Assembly: GCF_001644705.1 (NCBI RefSeq)
Contig: NZ_CP015137.1
Span: 1,230,001-1,262,000 of the forward strand
Source of the DNA: Dickeya solani IPO 2222
GTDB lineage: Bacteria > Pseudomonadota > Gammaproteobacteria > Enterobacterales > Enterobacteriaceae
Length of the DNA stretch: 32,000 nucleotides
Direction of reading: 5' to 3'
This document shows positions 23,969 through 32,000 of the stretch, one piece after another. Both the position numbers and the translations under genes were made by a program. The notes below the pieces were generated by a model. It ran no database searches, was not told the origin of the DNA, and saw only the letters and a program-made list of their open reading frames with translations. Numbering within the stretch: position 1 is the first letter of the stretch; the number at the start of each line of letters is the position of its first letter.

Positions 23969-24652
23969 ATGTCAGGACAAAAACAGGCAGTGATCACCGG
24001 CAGCAGCTCCGGCATCGGCGCCGCCATTACCGCCACCCTGCTGGCGGCGGGCTGGAAGGTTGTCGGGCTATCGCGTCAGCCGGGCGCGCATCAGCACCCG
24101 AACTTTACGCATCACCCGCTGGATATCACCGATACACCGGAGCTTATCGCGTTGCTGGACAGCCTGCCCGCCGTCGATGCGGTGATTCACGCCGCCGGGG
24201 TGATGAAAGCCGCAACGCTGGGCTCGCTGTCATACGCCGACAGCGAGCAACTGTGGAAGCTGCATATTCAGGTCGCCGAAGTGCTGGCCGACCGGCTGGT
24301 GGACAAACTGCCGCAGGGCGGCCGCATCGTCCTGCTGGGTAGCCGCACATCCAGCGGCGCTGCCGGGCGTAGCCAGTACGTCGCCACCAAGTCGGCGATG
24401 ATCGGCATGGTGAGAAGCTGGGCGGCGGAACTGGCGCCGCGCGGCATTACCGTCAATATCGTAGCACCAGGCGCCACCGAAACGCCGATGCTGAATCAGC
24501 CAGGGCGGCAAAGCTCGCCGCCGAAACTGCCGCCGATCGGTCGGTTTATCCAGCCGCAGGAAGTGGCGGATCTGGTGGCGTACCTGTTGTCGCCTTCAGC
24601 GGCGGCCATCACCGGACAACAACTGGTGATCTGCGGCGGCGCCTCGTTATAG
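23969..24652 (+). CDS. Short-chain dehydrogenase/reductase (classical SDR)
   Basis: Cofactor motif TGSSSGIG, catalytic motif YVATK (YxxxK), and NIVAPG. 227 aa. Confidence 0.85.
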   Translation: MSGQKQAVITGSSSGIGAAITATLLAAGWKVVGLSRQPGAHQHPNFTHHPLDITDTPELIALLDSLPAVDAVIHAAGVMKAATLGSLSYADSEQLWKLHIQVAEVLADRLVDKLPQGGRIVLLGSRTSSGAAGRSQYVATKSAMIGMVRSWAAELAPRGITVNIVAPGATETPMLNQPGRQSSPPKLPPIGRFIQPQEVADLVAYLLSPSAAAITGQQLVICGGASL

Positions 24653-24741
24653 CGATATCTTGTTATAGCTATATTTCGTTATAACTACATCTCGTTATAG
24701 CGACATCATGATAATCGCGACACCATGATAGTCACGGTCAG
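24645..24741. repeat. Iteron-like tandem array, 16-17-bp period, about 6 copies (4 good and 2 degenerate)
   Basis: The copies are cgttatagcgatatct, tgttatagctatattt, cgttataactacatct, cgttatagcgacatca, tgataatcgcgacacca and tgatagtcacggtcag. The first copy contains the SDR stop codon. The array ends just before the predicted TerC-gene promoter and contains the 10-bp palindrome TATAGCTATA (24664-24673). Confidence 0.85.
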
Positions 24742-24747
24742 CCACAG

Positions 24748-24776
24748 TTAACCCATACGTCAGACGGGGGTATAAT
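24748..24776 (+). promoter_or_regulatory. Sigma-70-type promoter candidate for the TerC-family gene
   Basis: TTAACC (24748-24753), a 17-bp spacer, then TATAAT (24771-24776). It lies about 50 bp upstream of ATG 24827, which has AAGGAG at 24815-24820. Confidence 0.55.
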
Positions 24777-24826
24777 CAACCGGACCTCGACGCCGCCACC
24801 GCGACGCCCGGAAAAAGGAGTCCCCC

Positions 24827-25567
24827 ATGTTGATGTGGCTGGCCGATCCCAACGCCTGGCTGACCTTGTTCACCCTGACATTGCTGGAAATCATCCTCGG
24901 TATCGACAACATTATTTTTCTGTCCATCGTCGTCGCCCGGCTGCCGCGCGCTCAACAGCCTCGTGCCCGTTTTACCGGGCTGGCGGGCGCAATGCTGATG
25001 AGGCTGTCGCTGCTGGCCTCGATAGCCTGGCTGATGCACCTCACCGACCCGCTGTTTACCGTCGCCAATCGCGCACTTTCCGCCCGCGACCTGATCCTGC
25101 TGACCGGCGGCCTGTTTTTGATTATCAAATCCAGCGGCGAGATTCGCGCCATGCTGGCAGGGGAAGAAGAGGCGCAACGCCGCAGCCGCACCACCGCGTT
25201 CTGGGGCGCGATCGTGCAGATCATGCTGCTGGATATCATCTTCAGTCTGGATTCGGTGATTACCGCGGTCGGGCTGTCGCAGCACCTGCTGATCATGATG
25301 CTGGCGGTGGTGCTGGGCGTAGTGATCATGATGCTGGCGGCGCGAACCATCGGCGAATTTATCGATGCGCACCCGTCAGTCAAAATGCTGGCGCTGGCGT
25401 TTCTGATTCTGGTAGGCGGCACCCTGATGCTGGACAGCCTGCAAATCCATGTGCCCAAAGGCTACGTCTACTTCGCCATGTTCTTTACCATCGGCGTGGA
25501 GATACTCAATCTGGCGCGCCAACACAGGCATCACCCGGCGCTGGAAACGCGCCTCAGCGAGCAGTAA
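24827..25567 (+). CDS. TerC-family integral membrane protein (YgdQ-like)
   Basis: 246 aa with TerC signatures LEIILGIDNIIFLS and IVQIMLLDIIFSLDSVITAVG, and a strong RBS. The overlapping 253-aa frame (24835..25596) is Arg/Pro/Gly-rich noise. Confidence 0.85.
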   Translation: MLMWLADPNAWLTLFTLTLLEIILGIDNIIFLSIVVARLPRAQQPRARFTGLAGAMLMRLSLLASIAWLMHLTDPLFTVANRALSARDLILLTGGLFLIIKSSGEIRAMLAGEEEAQRRSRTTAFWGAIVQIMLLDIIFSLDSVITAVGLSQHLLIMMLAVVLGVVIMMLAARTIGEFIDAHPSVKMLALAFLILVGGTLMLDSLQIHVPKGYVYFAMFFTIGVEILNLARQHRHHPALETRLSEQ

Positions 25568-25591
25568 TCCGTATTCTTGCCGCTTCGTTTA

Positions 25592-25617
25592 CCTGACCCG
25601 GTTGCATCCGGGTCAGG
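25592..25617. terminator. Hairpin shared by the convergent TerC-family and yacL genes
   Basis: cctgacccgg-ttgcat-ccgggtcagg forms a 10-bp perfect stem. The yacL stop codon (25613-25615) lies inside the right arm. Confidence 0.55.
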
Positions 25618-25975
25618 ACTTGTCGACAAACGCCCGGTATTTCTCCAGTAACTCCAGAAAGTCTTCCAGCCCGCACAGCGACAGGCTTTCTTCATCGTAA
25701 TAACTCATGCCTTCTTCCAGCTCGTCGGTTTCAAACGCCAGCTGATTGGCACGCACCATCACTTCTTCGCTGTCCAGCAATAGCGTGTATTCGTGGCCGG
25801 CGCGTTCCCACTGGCGCTCGCTGCCGGCCAGTTCACGAACCGCGGCTTCCACTTCATCCAGCACCGCCTGCTGACCCTTGACCTCTTCATTCAGCCAGTG
25901 CCCTACCGCTTCATGGCCCATCGACATCCGGACCACCACCTGCCCGGTCACATCACGCAAAAATTCATAGTCCAT
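25613..25975 (-). CDS. yacL: UPF0231 family protein YacL
   Basis: [32 protein letters not shown]...[16 protein letters not shown] closely matches my recollection of E. coli YacL. It sits next to acnB, as in E. coli. Confidence 0.85.
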   Translation of the reverse strand: MDYEFLRDVTGQVVVRMSMGHEAVGHWLNEEVKGQQAVLDEVEAAVRELAGSERQWERAGHEYTLLLDSEEVMVRANQLAFETDELEEGMSYYDEESLSLCGLEDFLELLEKYRAFVDKS

Positions 25976-26019
25976 GATCGTTCTCCTCTGCCTGATTCAC
26001 TATCGCGCGCCACAACAGT

Positions 26020-26046
26020 AAAAAAAGGGAGGCCTGTCGGCCTCCC
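26020..26046 (-). terminator. Rho-independent terminator of acnB
   Basis: On the minus strand, GGGAGGCC-GACA-GGCCTCCC is followed by TTTTTTT (A-run 26020-26026 on the plus strand). It lies 30 nt after the acnB stop. Confidence 0.85.
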
Positions 26047-26076
26047 TTCCTGTCAATTGCTGCGAACTATAGCGGT

Positions 26077-28674
26077 TTACACGGCGGTCTGGAAGATCAC
26101 CTTGTCCGCTTTGTTGGTGTACTGCTGCAACTGGTCAAAGTTCAGATAGCGGTAGGTGTCGTCCGCGGTCTTGTCCACCTGCGCCATATACTGCTGGTAC
26201 TCGTCCGGCGTCGGCAGACGCCCCAGCAGCGAGGCTATCGCCGCCAGTTCGGCCGACGCCAGATACACATTCGCGCCCGCGCCCAGACGGTTCGGGAAGT
26301 TTCGGGTCGATGTCGACACCACCGTCGCCCCGTCCGCCACCCGCGCCTGGTTGCCCATGCACAGCGAACAGCCGGGGATTTCGACCCGCGCACCACTCTT
26401 GCCGAACACGCTGTAGTACCCTTCTTCGGTCAGTTGCGCGGCGTCCATCCGGGTCGGCGGCACCACCCACAGCCGGGTCGGCAGCTGCCCCTTGTGCTGA
26501 TCCAGCAGCTTGCCCGCCGCCCGGAAGTGACCGATGTTGGTCATGCACGAGCCGATGAACACTTCATCGATTTTATCGCCCTGCACCGTGGACAGCAGAC
26601 GCGCATCGTCTGGGTCGTTCGGCGCGCACAGGATCGGCTCCCTGATGTCCGCCAGATCGATGTCGATCACCGCGGCGTATTCCGCATCGGCGTCGGCTTC
26701 CAGCAGTTGCGGGTCCGCCAGCCATTTTTCCATGCCCTGCACACGACGCTCCAGCGTGCGGCGATCGCCGTAGCCTTCGGCAATCATCCACTTCAGCAGG
26801 ATGATGTTGGAGTTCAGGTACTCGACGATCGGCTCTTTGTTGAGCTTGATGGTACAGCCCGCCGCGGAGCGCTCCGCCGAGGCGTCGGTCAGTTCGAACG
26901 CCTGCTCCGCTTTCAGGTCCGGCAACCCTTCGATTTCCAGGATGCGGCCGGAGAAGATGTTTTTCTTGCCCTTCTTCTCCACGGTCAGCAGACCCTGTTT
27001 GATCGCGTAGTACGGGATCGCGTGCACCAGATCGCGCAGCGTGATACCCGGCTGCATCTGGCCGGTGAAACGCACCAGCACCGATTCCGGCATATCCAGC
27101 GGCATCACGCCGGTGGCGGCGGCAAACGCCACCAGACCGGAGCCGGCCGGGAAGGAAATCCCGATCGGGAAACGGGTGTGAGAATCGCCGCCGGTGCCGA
27201 CGGTATCCGGCAGCAGCATGCGGTTCAGCCAGGAGTGGATCACGCCGTCGCCCGGACGCAGCGACACGCCGCCGCGGTTCATGATGAAATCCGGCAGGGT
27301 GTGGTGGGTGTTGACGTCCACCGGCTTCGGATAGGCGGCGGTGTGGCAGAAGGACTGCATCACCAGATCGGCGGAGAAGCCCAGACAGGCCAGGTCTTTC
27401 AGTTCGTCACGGGTCATCGGACCGGTGGTGTCCTGAGACCCGACCGACGCCATCTTCGGCTCGCAGTAGGCGCCGGGGCGAATGCCGGCGACGCCGCAGG
27501 CACGGCCGACCATCTTCTGCGCCAGCGAGAAACCGCGGCTGCTCGGCGCCACGTCTTTGGCCTGGCGGAACACCTCACTGTGCGGCAGGCCGAGCGACTC
27601 GCGCGCTTTAGAGGTCAGGCCGCGGCCGACAATCAGCGGGATACGGCCGCCGGCGCGCACTTCATCCAGCAGCACGTCGGTTTTCAGTTCGAAGCTGGCC
27701 AGCAGTTCGTTGCTGTCGTGGTGGCGCACTTCACCCTGGTACGGGTAGATATCAATCACGTCGCCCATGTTCAGTTGGGCGACGTCGACTTCGATCGGCA
27801 GCGCGCCGGCGTCTTCCATGGTGTTGAAGAAAATCGGCGCGATCTTGCCGCCCAGCACCACGCCGCCGCCGCGCTTGTTCGGCACGTTCGGGATATCGTC
27901 GCCCATGAACCACAGCACCGAGTTGGTGGCGGATTTACGGGACGAGCCGGTACCGACCACGTCGCCGACGTAGGCCAGCGGGAACCCTTTCCGGTTCAGC
28001 GCCTCGATCTGTTTGATCGGGCCGACGGCGCCGGGTTGATCCGGCTCGATGCCGTCGCGGGCGTTTTTCAGCATCGCCAGCGCGTGCAGCGGAATGTCCG
28101 GACGCGACCAGGCGTCCTGCGCCGGGGACAGGTCATCGGTATTGGTTTCGCCGGTGACCTTGAACACGGTGACGGTAATTTTTTCCGCCAGCGCCGGGCG
28201 GGACAGGAACCACTCGGCGTCAGCCCAGGATTTGACCACCTGCTGCGCGTGGGTATTGCCGGCGTTGGCCTTTTCTTCCACGTCGTAGAAATTGTCGAAC
28301 ATCAGCAGGGTATGCGATAAGGCGTTGACGGCGACCGGGGCCAGAGCGGGATTATCCAGCGCTTCAATCAGCGGCTGAATGTTGTAGCCGCCCTGCATCG
28401 TGCCCAGCAGCTCGATGGCCTTTGCCGGGGTAATGAGGGGAGAAACGGTCTCGCCTTTGGTGATGGCAGCCAGGAAACCGGCTTTGACGTAGGCCGCCTC
28501 ATCAACACCCGGCGGAACGCGATTGACTAACAGATCGACTAAAAACTCTTCTTCTCCGGCGGGGGGAGTTTTCAACAATTCCACCAGCGCCGCCATTTGC
28601 GAAGCCTCTAGCGGTTTGGGTACGATCCCTTGTGCAGCCCGCTCGGCTACGTGCTTGCGATAATCTTCTAGCAC
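26077..28674 (-). CDS. acnB: Aconitate hydratase B / 2-methylisocitrate dehydratase
   Basis: 865 aa, near-colinear with E. coli AcnB as I recall it ([19 protein letters not shown]...[17 protein letters not shown]...[14 protein letters not shown]...FQTAV). This includes the Fe-S cluster Cys ligand motifs. Confidence 0.97.
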   Translation of the reverse strand: MLEDYRKHVAERAAQGIVPKPLEASQMAALVELLKTPPAGEEEFLVDLLVNRVPPGVDEAAYVKAGFLAAITKGETVSPLITPAKAIELLGTMQGGYNIQPLIEALDNPALAPVAVNALSHTLLMFDNFYDVEEKANAGNTHAQQVVKSWADAEWFLSRPALAEKITVTVFKVTGETNTDDLSPAQDAWSRPDIPLHALAMLKNARDGIEPDQPGAVGPIKQIEALNRKGFPLAYVGDVVGTGSSRKSATNSVLWFMGDDIPNVPNKRGGGVVLGGKIAPIFFNTMEDAGALPIEVDVAQLNMGDVIDIYPYQGEVRHHDSNELLASFELKTDVLLDEVRAGGRIPLIVGRGLTSKARESLGLPHSEVFRQAKDVAPSSRGFSLAQKMVGRACGVAGIRPGAYCEPKMASVGSQDTTGPMTRDELKDLACLGFSADLVMQSFCHTAAYPKPVDVNTHHTLPDFIMNRGGVSLRPGDGVIHSWLNRMLLPDTVGTGGDSHTRFPIGISFPAGSGLVAFAAATGVMPLDMPESVLVRFTGQMQPGITLRDLVHAIPYYAIKQGLLTVEKKGKKNIFSGRILEIEGLPDLKAEQAFELTDASAERSAAGCTIKLNKEPIVEYLNSNIILLKWMIAEGYGDRRTLERRVQGMEKWLADPQLLEADADAEYAAVIDIDLADIREPILCAPNDPDDARLLSTVQGDKIDEVFIGSCMTNIGHFRAAGKLLDQHKGQLPTRLWVVPPTRMDAAQLTEEGYYSVFGKSGARVEIPGCSLCMGNQARVADGATVVSTSTRNFPNRLGAGANVYLASAELAAIASLLGRLPTPDEYQQYMAQVDKTADDTYRYLNFDQLQQYTNKADKVIFQTAV

Positions 28675-28823
28675 GACGTTCTCCTCGCTCTCATTGTCTA
28701 ATTATGCCCGGCGCTCAGTTCCAGGTTTAGGCTGATTATCAGCTATGGATAAGTAAGGTCAGAGTGCCCGGTCCAGCCCGTTGAGCATATCAGAGTTTGA
28801 ATTGATTGTTAATTCGTTTACAT

Positions 28824-28855
28824 AAAGGCAACATTTTATAAATACGTTGCCCTTT
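28824..28855 (-). terminator. Weak terminator candidate downstream of the esterase gene
   Basis: On the minus strand, AAAGGGCAAC-13 nt AT loop-GTTGCCTTT is followed by ATGTAAAC. The stem is imperfect (one bulged C). It also lies in the acnB upstream region. Confidence 0.3.
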
Positions 28856-29031
28856 CAGAGGTATTGCTGCGTTCAGAAGCATAAATCCGGGTGTTCTGAC
28901 TCCAGGCCAGCATAGCAGTTAGCGGCAAAATCAACCACCGGTTACCCCGCAGAAACGACAAGGACAATAAAGAAAACGTGCGTGCGTCGCGGGTGCCGGA
29001 CGCATTATCGCACGCCCGGCGTCTGACGCCG

Positions 29032-29883
29032 TTACAACGGCTGGAAGTGATGGCGTAAAGCGTGCAGCAGGGCGGGAAAGGACGCCGACATATGGGACTG
29101 CCCGGCGTAAACCTGCAAGGTGACCTCAAGCAACGGCGTCTTCAGGCGCAGCTGCGTCGCCAGTTCCCGAATGCCATCCACCATACGCCGCTGGCCGCGG
29201 TGCTGGCGCAGCCAGTGTTGCCGCTCTTCAGGCAATCGCTGCTCCCACGCTTCCAGCGATTGTTCGTGCTCGCCCACCGACAACGCCAGACTCACCGGCC
29301 TATGCAATGGTCGCGCATCCACGCGCGCGATAAACGCCTCGGCCTGCCGGGACAGGTAGCCGCCATTCCACCACACCGACGGGCTGGAGGCATAAAAACA
29401 CTGGAAGCTGTCCGGCTGTTCAAGCAGCGTATCCACGGTGAACAACCCGCCGTAAGAGTGGCCGAACAGCGCCTGACGCTGGCTGTCGATGTCGTAACGC
29501 TGCTGGATGAACGGTGTGAGTTCTTCCAGTAAAAAACGGCGAAAGCCGGCGGCATCCCCTTGTTCGCCGGGGGAACGGAATCCGCCCGCCGGGTCAGGCT
29601 CCGGAATCAACTGCCCTACCGCCGGACGGTAGTCCCGGTCGCGCCGGGTCGGGCCGTCGTAATCAATCGCCACCATAACGCCTGGCGTCATGCCGCCGCG
29701 AGGCTCGCGCATCGCCGCCAGCAGCGATACCGCCGTGGCAAAGTAGCGCTCGCCGTCCAGCAGGTACATCACCGGCCAGCCCTGCTCGGGCGCCGGGCCG
29801 TCAGGCCAGGCGGTCAACAGGCGGTAGTGACCGCACGCCGCCGACGCAAACGTCTCAACCCGGGTGTTGGACAACTGGTACAT
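29032..29883 (-). CDS. Alpha/beta-hydrolase esterase of the siderophore-esterase type (PF00756-like, IroE/BesA-like)
   Basis: 283 aa with the nucleophile elbow GHSYGG and the N-terminal pattern WPVMYLLDGERYF typical of this esterase family. It is co-oriented with and 69 bp downstream of the catecholate-type receptor gene. Confidence 0.7.
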   Translation of the reverse strand: MYQLSNTRVETFASAACGHYRLLTAWPDGPAPEQGWPVMYLLDGERYFATAVSLLAAMREPRGGMTPGVMVAIDYDGPTRRDRDYRPAVGQLIPEPDPAGGFRSPGEQGDAAGFRRFLLEELTPFIQQRYDIDSQRQALFGHSYGGLFTVDTLLEQPDSFQCFYASSPSVWWNGGYLSRQAEAFIARVDARPLHRPVSLALSVGEHEQSLEAWEQRLPEERQHWLRQHRGQRRMVDGIRELATQLRLKTPLLEVTLQVYAGQSHMSASFPALLHALRHHFQPL

Positions 29884-29952
29884 ATCGACATTCTCACTGA
29901 TTGTTTACGGTATCGGCCAGCGCCAACGCACCGGCCGTTTCACCGCTTATTG

Positions 29953-32000
29953 TTAGAAGTGGGTGTTGACGCTCATGTAGAAGGTTCGGCCAGACTCATT
30001 GTAGGTCGCCGCCCCGGCGCCGGCGATGTTAATGGCGCTGCAACTGCCGTCGGACGCAACGGTACAACCGGCTGAGGCATTGCCGCGGCGGAACTGGCGT
30101 TTGTCGAACAGATTGCTGACCCCGCCGGTCACGCTGACGTTCTTGGTGATGGCATAGGTGGCGCTGGTTCCCACCACCGCGTACGGGCTGAGCTCGTTCA
30201 GTTCATCACCCGAAGCGGCCATGCCGCGATAGTTGTATTTCTTCGGTTTCTGACGGCCGTACCAGGTCAGCGTCGATTGCAACGACAGATCGTCCGTCGC
30301 CTGCCAGCTCAGCGTAGAGTTCAGCGTGAACTCCGGCGTTACCGACAAAATATCGCCGGTGCTCTTGTTCTTCGAACGCAGCATCCAGGTGATATTGTTA
30401 TTCCACTTGATGCTTTCCGACACCGGCACGTTCAGCGTACCTTCCAGCCCCTCGACTACCGCACGGGGAATGTTCTCCCAACGGTAGACATTGGTTTTAC
30501 CGTTAGTGGTGATACCCACCGGCGTCAGCCCGGATTCAATCTTGTTGCGATAATCGTTGCGGAAATACGTCACACCGGCCTGATAGCCATTGCGCTTGAA
30601 TTCAAGACCGATCTCTTTGTTGACGCTGGTTTCCGCCTTCAGCTCCTCGTTACCGATCAGATAACAGTTATTGCTGGCGCCGTTGATCAAATAGCAGCCC
30701 TGCCCCCGGCTATAGAGCATATAGTTGGGGTTGACCTGGTACAGGTTGGGCGCTTTGTAAGCCTGCGCAATGCCCATTTTCAGGGTGAAATCATCACCCA
30801 GACCTTGCGACAGATTCAGACCGGGGCTGACCTTGCTGCCCGCCAGCGAGTGGTAGTCAAAACGCAGCGCCGGGGTCAGCATGGTGCTTTGCGTCAGCTC
30901 CACGTTATCTTCAGCGAACAGCGCGAAGGTATGGGCCTTGATATCACCGCTACGATTACTGCTGTTATAACCCGCAATCACACCGGTGGACGACATGTCA
31001 TACGAAGTGGAGCCGGGGTCCGTCATCCGCTGATCCGACGCCTCGATACCCAGGGTAGCGGTCTGGCTGAAGTACGCCTCAAACGGGATATTCACCTCGC
31101 TGTGGGCGGTCAGGGTATCCAGCTTGACGGTAGTGTAATCGCCAGCGGAAGAGAAAATCCCCTCGGTGCCGCCCGCCAGCCCCTCGCTGATACGGGTGTT
31201 CTGGGTGCGCTCGTATTGCAGATAAGACGTGGAGCTGACGCCGCTGTCCCAGAAGCCGCGATGCGTCACGGCATAGTTCTGCCGGTACATGCGATTGGTT
31301 TCTTTACCGTAGTTGCTGGCGACATAGTTGTTGGTGTTGGTGTTCTGGGTGTCGCCGGCATAGATATTGCCCTGGCGACTGGAGCCGACTTCAAACTCCA
31401 GCGACTGCTGTTTGGTGATATCCCAACGCAGCACGCCGTTGATATCCTTGTTGAGCACCCCTTCCCGGCCAGCCGGCACCGAACTGGCGTAGCTGCCGAT
31501 GCGAGCGGATTTATAGGGTTCGTTGATGTCGGCGGCATCCGCCTGCGTCTTGTTGAGGTTGCCGTACAACCGCAGGCTCAGGTTGTCGCTCAAGCCGCCG
31601 GACAGGCTGAAATCGGTGCGTTTGGTAGCGCCTTCCGCTTTATGTACCGGCGCATTGAAATAGGTATTCCAGCTGCCGTGCCACTCCTGGCCCGGTTGTT
31701 TGGTGATAATGTTGATCACCCCGCCCATCGCGCCGGAACCGTAGCGCGCCGCCGCCGGGCCGCGCAGCACTTCGATGCGCTCCACCATGTCGGACGGCAC
31801 CCAGTTGGTATCGCCGCGACTGTCGCGCTCGCCGCGCCAGCCGTAACGCACGGCATTGCGGCTGGACACCGGCTTGCCGTCCACCAGAATCAGGGTATTC
31901 TCCGGCCCCATGCCGCGAATATCGATCTGACGGTTGTTACCGCGCTGCCCGCTGCTGGAGTTACCGGTCAGGTTCACCCCCGGCTGGGTACGGATGATGT
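29953..32000 (-). CDS. fepA: TonB-dependent catecholate siderophore receptor, FepA/PfeA/IroN family (N-terminus beyond the right edge)
   Basis: Strong colinearity with E. coli FepA as I recall it (GNNRQIDIRGMGPENTLILVDGKPVSSRN, VERIEVLRGPAAARYG, FTLKMGIAQAYKAPNLYQVNPNY, terminal YMSVNTHF). The reading frame stays open past the track's internal Met (31977) to the window end. The actual ligand is unverified. Confidence 0.85.
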   Translation of the reverse strand, partial: IIRTQPGVNLTGNSSSGQRGNNRQIDIRGMGPENTLILVDGKPVSSRNAVRYGWRGERDSRGDTNWVPSDMVERIEVLRGPAAARYGSGAMGGVINIITKQPGQEWHGSWNTYFNAPVHKAEGATKRTDFSLSGGLSDNLSLRLYGNLNKTQADAADINEPYKSARIGSYASSVPAGREGVLNKDINGVLRWDITKQQSLEFEVGSSRQGNIYAGDTQNTNTNNYVASNYGKETNRMYRQNYAVTHRGFWDSGVSSTSYLQYERTQNTRISEGLAGGTEGIFSSAGDYTTVKLDTLTAHSEVNIPFEAYFSQTATLGIEASDQRMTDPGSTSYDMSSTGVIAGYNSSNRSGDIKAHTFALFAEDNVELTQSTMLTPALRFDYHSLAGSKVSPGLNLSQGLGDDFTLKMGIAQAYKAPNLYQVNPNYMLYSRGQGCYLINGASNNCYLIGNEELKAETSVNKEIGLEFKRNGYQAGVTYFRNDYRNKIESGLTPVGITTNGKTNVYRWENIPRAVVEGLEGTLNVPVSESIKWNNNITWMLRSKNKSTGDILSVTPEFTLNSTLSWQATDDLSLQSTLTWYGRQKPKKYNYRGMAASGDELNELSPYAVVGTSATYAITKNVSVTGGVSNLFDKRQFRRGNASAGCTVASDGSCSAINIAGAGAATYNESGRTFYMSVNTHF

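Noticed and set aside
24835-25596. 253-aa ORF overlapping the TerC-family gene in another frame
   Set aside because: It is Arg/Pro/Gly/Ala-rich and non-hydrophobic. The +0 frame from ATG 24827 has TerC motifs and a consensus RBS.
26434-28320. 628-aa plus-strand ORF
   Set aside because: It is antisense to acnB, whose identity is unambiguous.
28836-29129. 97-aa minus-strand ORF upstream of acnB
   Set aside because: It overlaps the 3' end of the esterase gene in another frame and crosses the acnB regulatory region. It has no RBS and a Cys/Arg-rich composition.
1-32000. Defence island, prophage or mobile element content
   Set aside because: I saw no integrase, transposase, recombinase, nuclease/helicase or toxin-antitoxin-like ORFs, and no flanking tRNA or long direct repeats. 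The accessory character of the window is metabolic rather than mobile or defensive.

Overview
The window looks like chromosomal DNA from a GC-rich member of the Enterobacterales. The acnB-yacL neighbourhood and a FepA-type receptor support this, and the pectin-related gene content suggests a plant-associated Pectobacteriaceae such as Dickeya; that taxonomy is inference only. No rRNA, tRNA, CRISPR array, transposase or integrase is visible. Reading left to right: (1) 1-9063 is a divergently transcribed sugar-utilisation locus. One arm encodes an 826-aa cytoplasmic heparinase II/III-like protein, a GH105/GH88-type unsaturated glycuronyl hydrolase, a MalK-like ATPase and a permease. The other arm encodes a solute-binding protein, a truncated kinase-like paralog and a BadF/GlcNAc-kinase-family kinase. 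Its gene junctions carry unusual short tandem duplications, including a 17-bp SD+ATG repeat that forms a chain of overlapping mini-ORFs. (2) 9083-10790 is a ModA/ModB-like binding protein plus permease pair with no ATPase gene. (3) 11027-13651 is a znuCBA-like metal ABC operon behind a Zur box, preceded by a possible 34-codon membrane peptide. (4) An ERIC-like element, a LOG-family gene and a VOC/glyoxalase gene follow. (5) 15280-24652 is the most interesting part, a divergent nine-gene locus. It joins a DeoR regulator, PdxA2 and a DUF1537 acid-sugar kinase to an Fe-alcohol dehydrogenase, a NanA/DapA-family aldolase, an SSS transporter, a cytoplasmic BNR/sialidase-fold protein, a YhcH/NanQ-family protein and an SDR. 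I propose it is a catabolic pathway for a non-sialic 3-deoxy-ulosonic acid, best fit Dha from pectin RG-II, feeding the D-threonate route. (6) A TerC-family gene lies behind a 16-bp iteron-like array, followed by yacL, acnB, a siderophore esterase and a partial FepA-like TonB-dependent receptor. Many long ORFs in the supplied track are antisense or off-frame shadows typical of GC-rich DNA and were not called.
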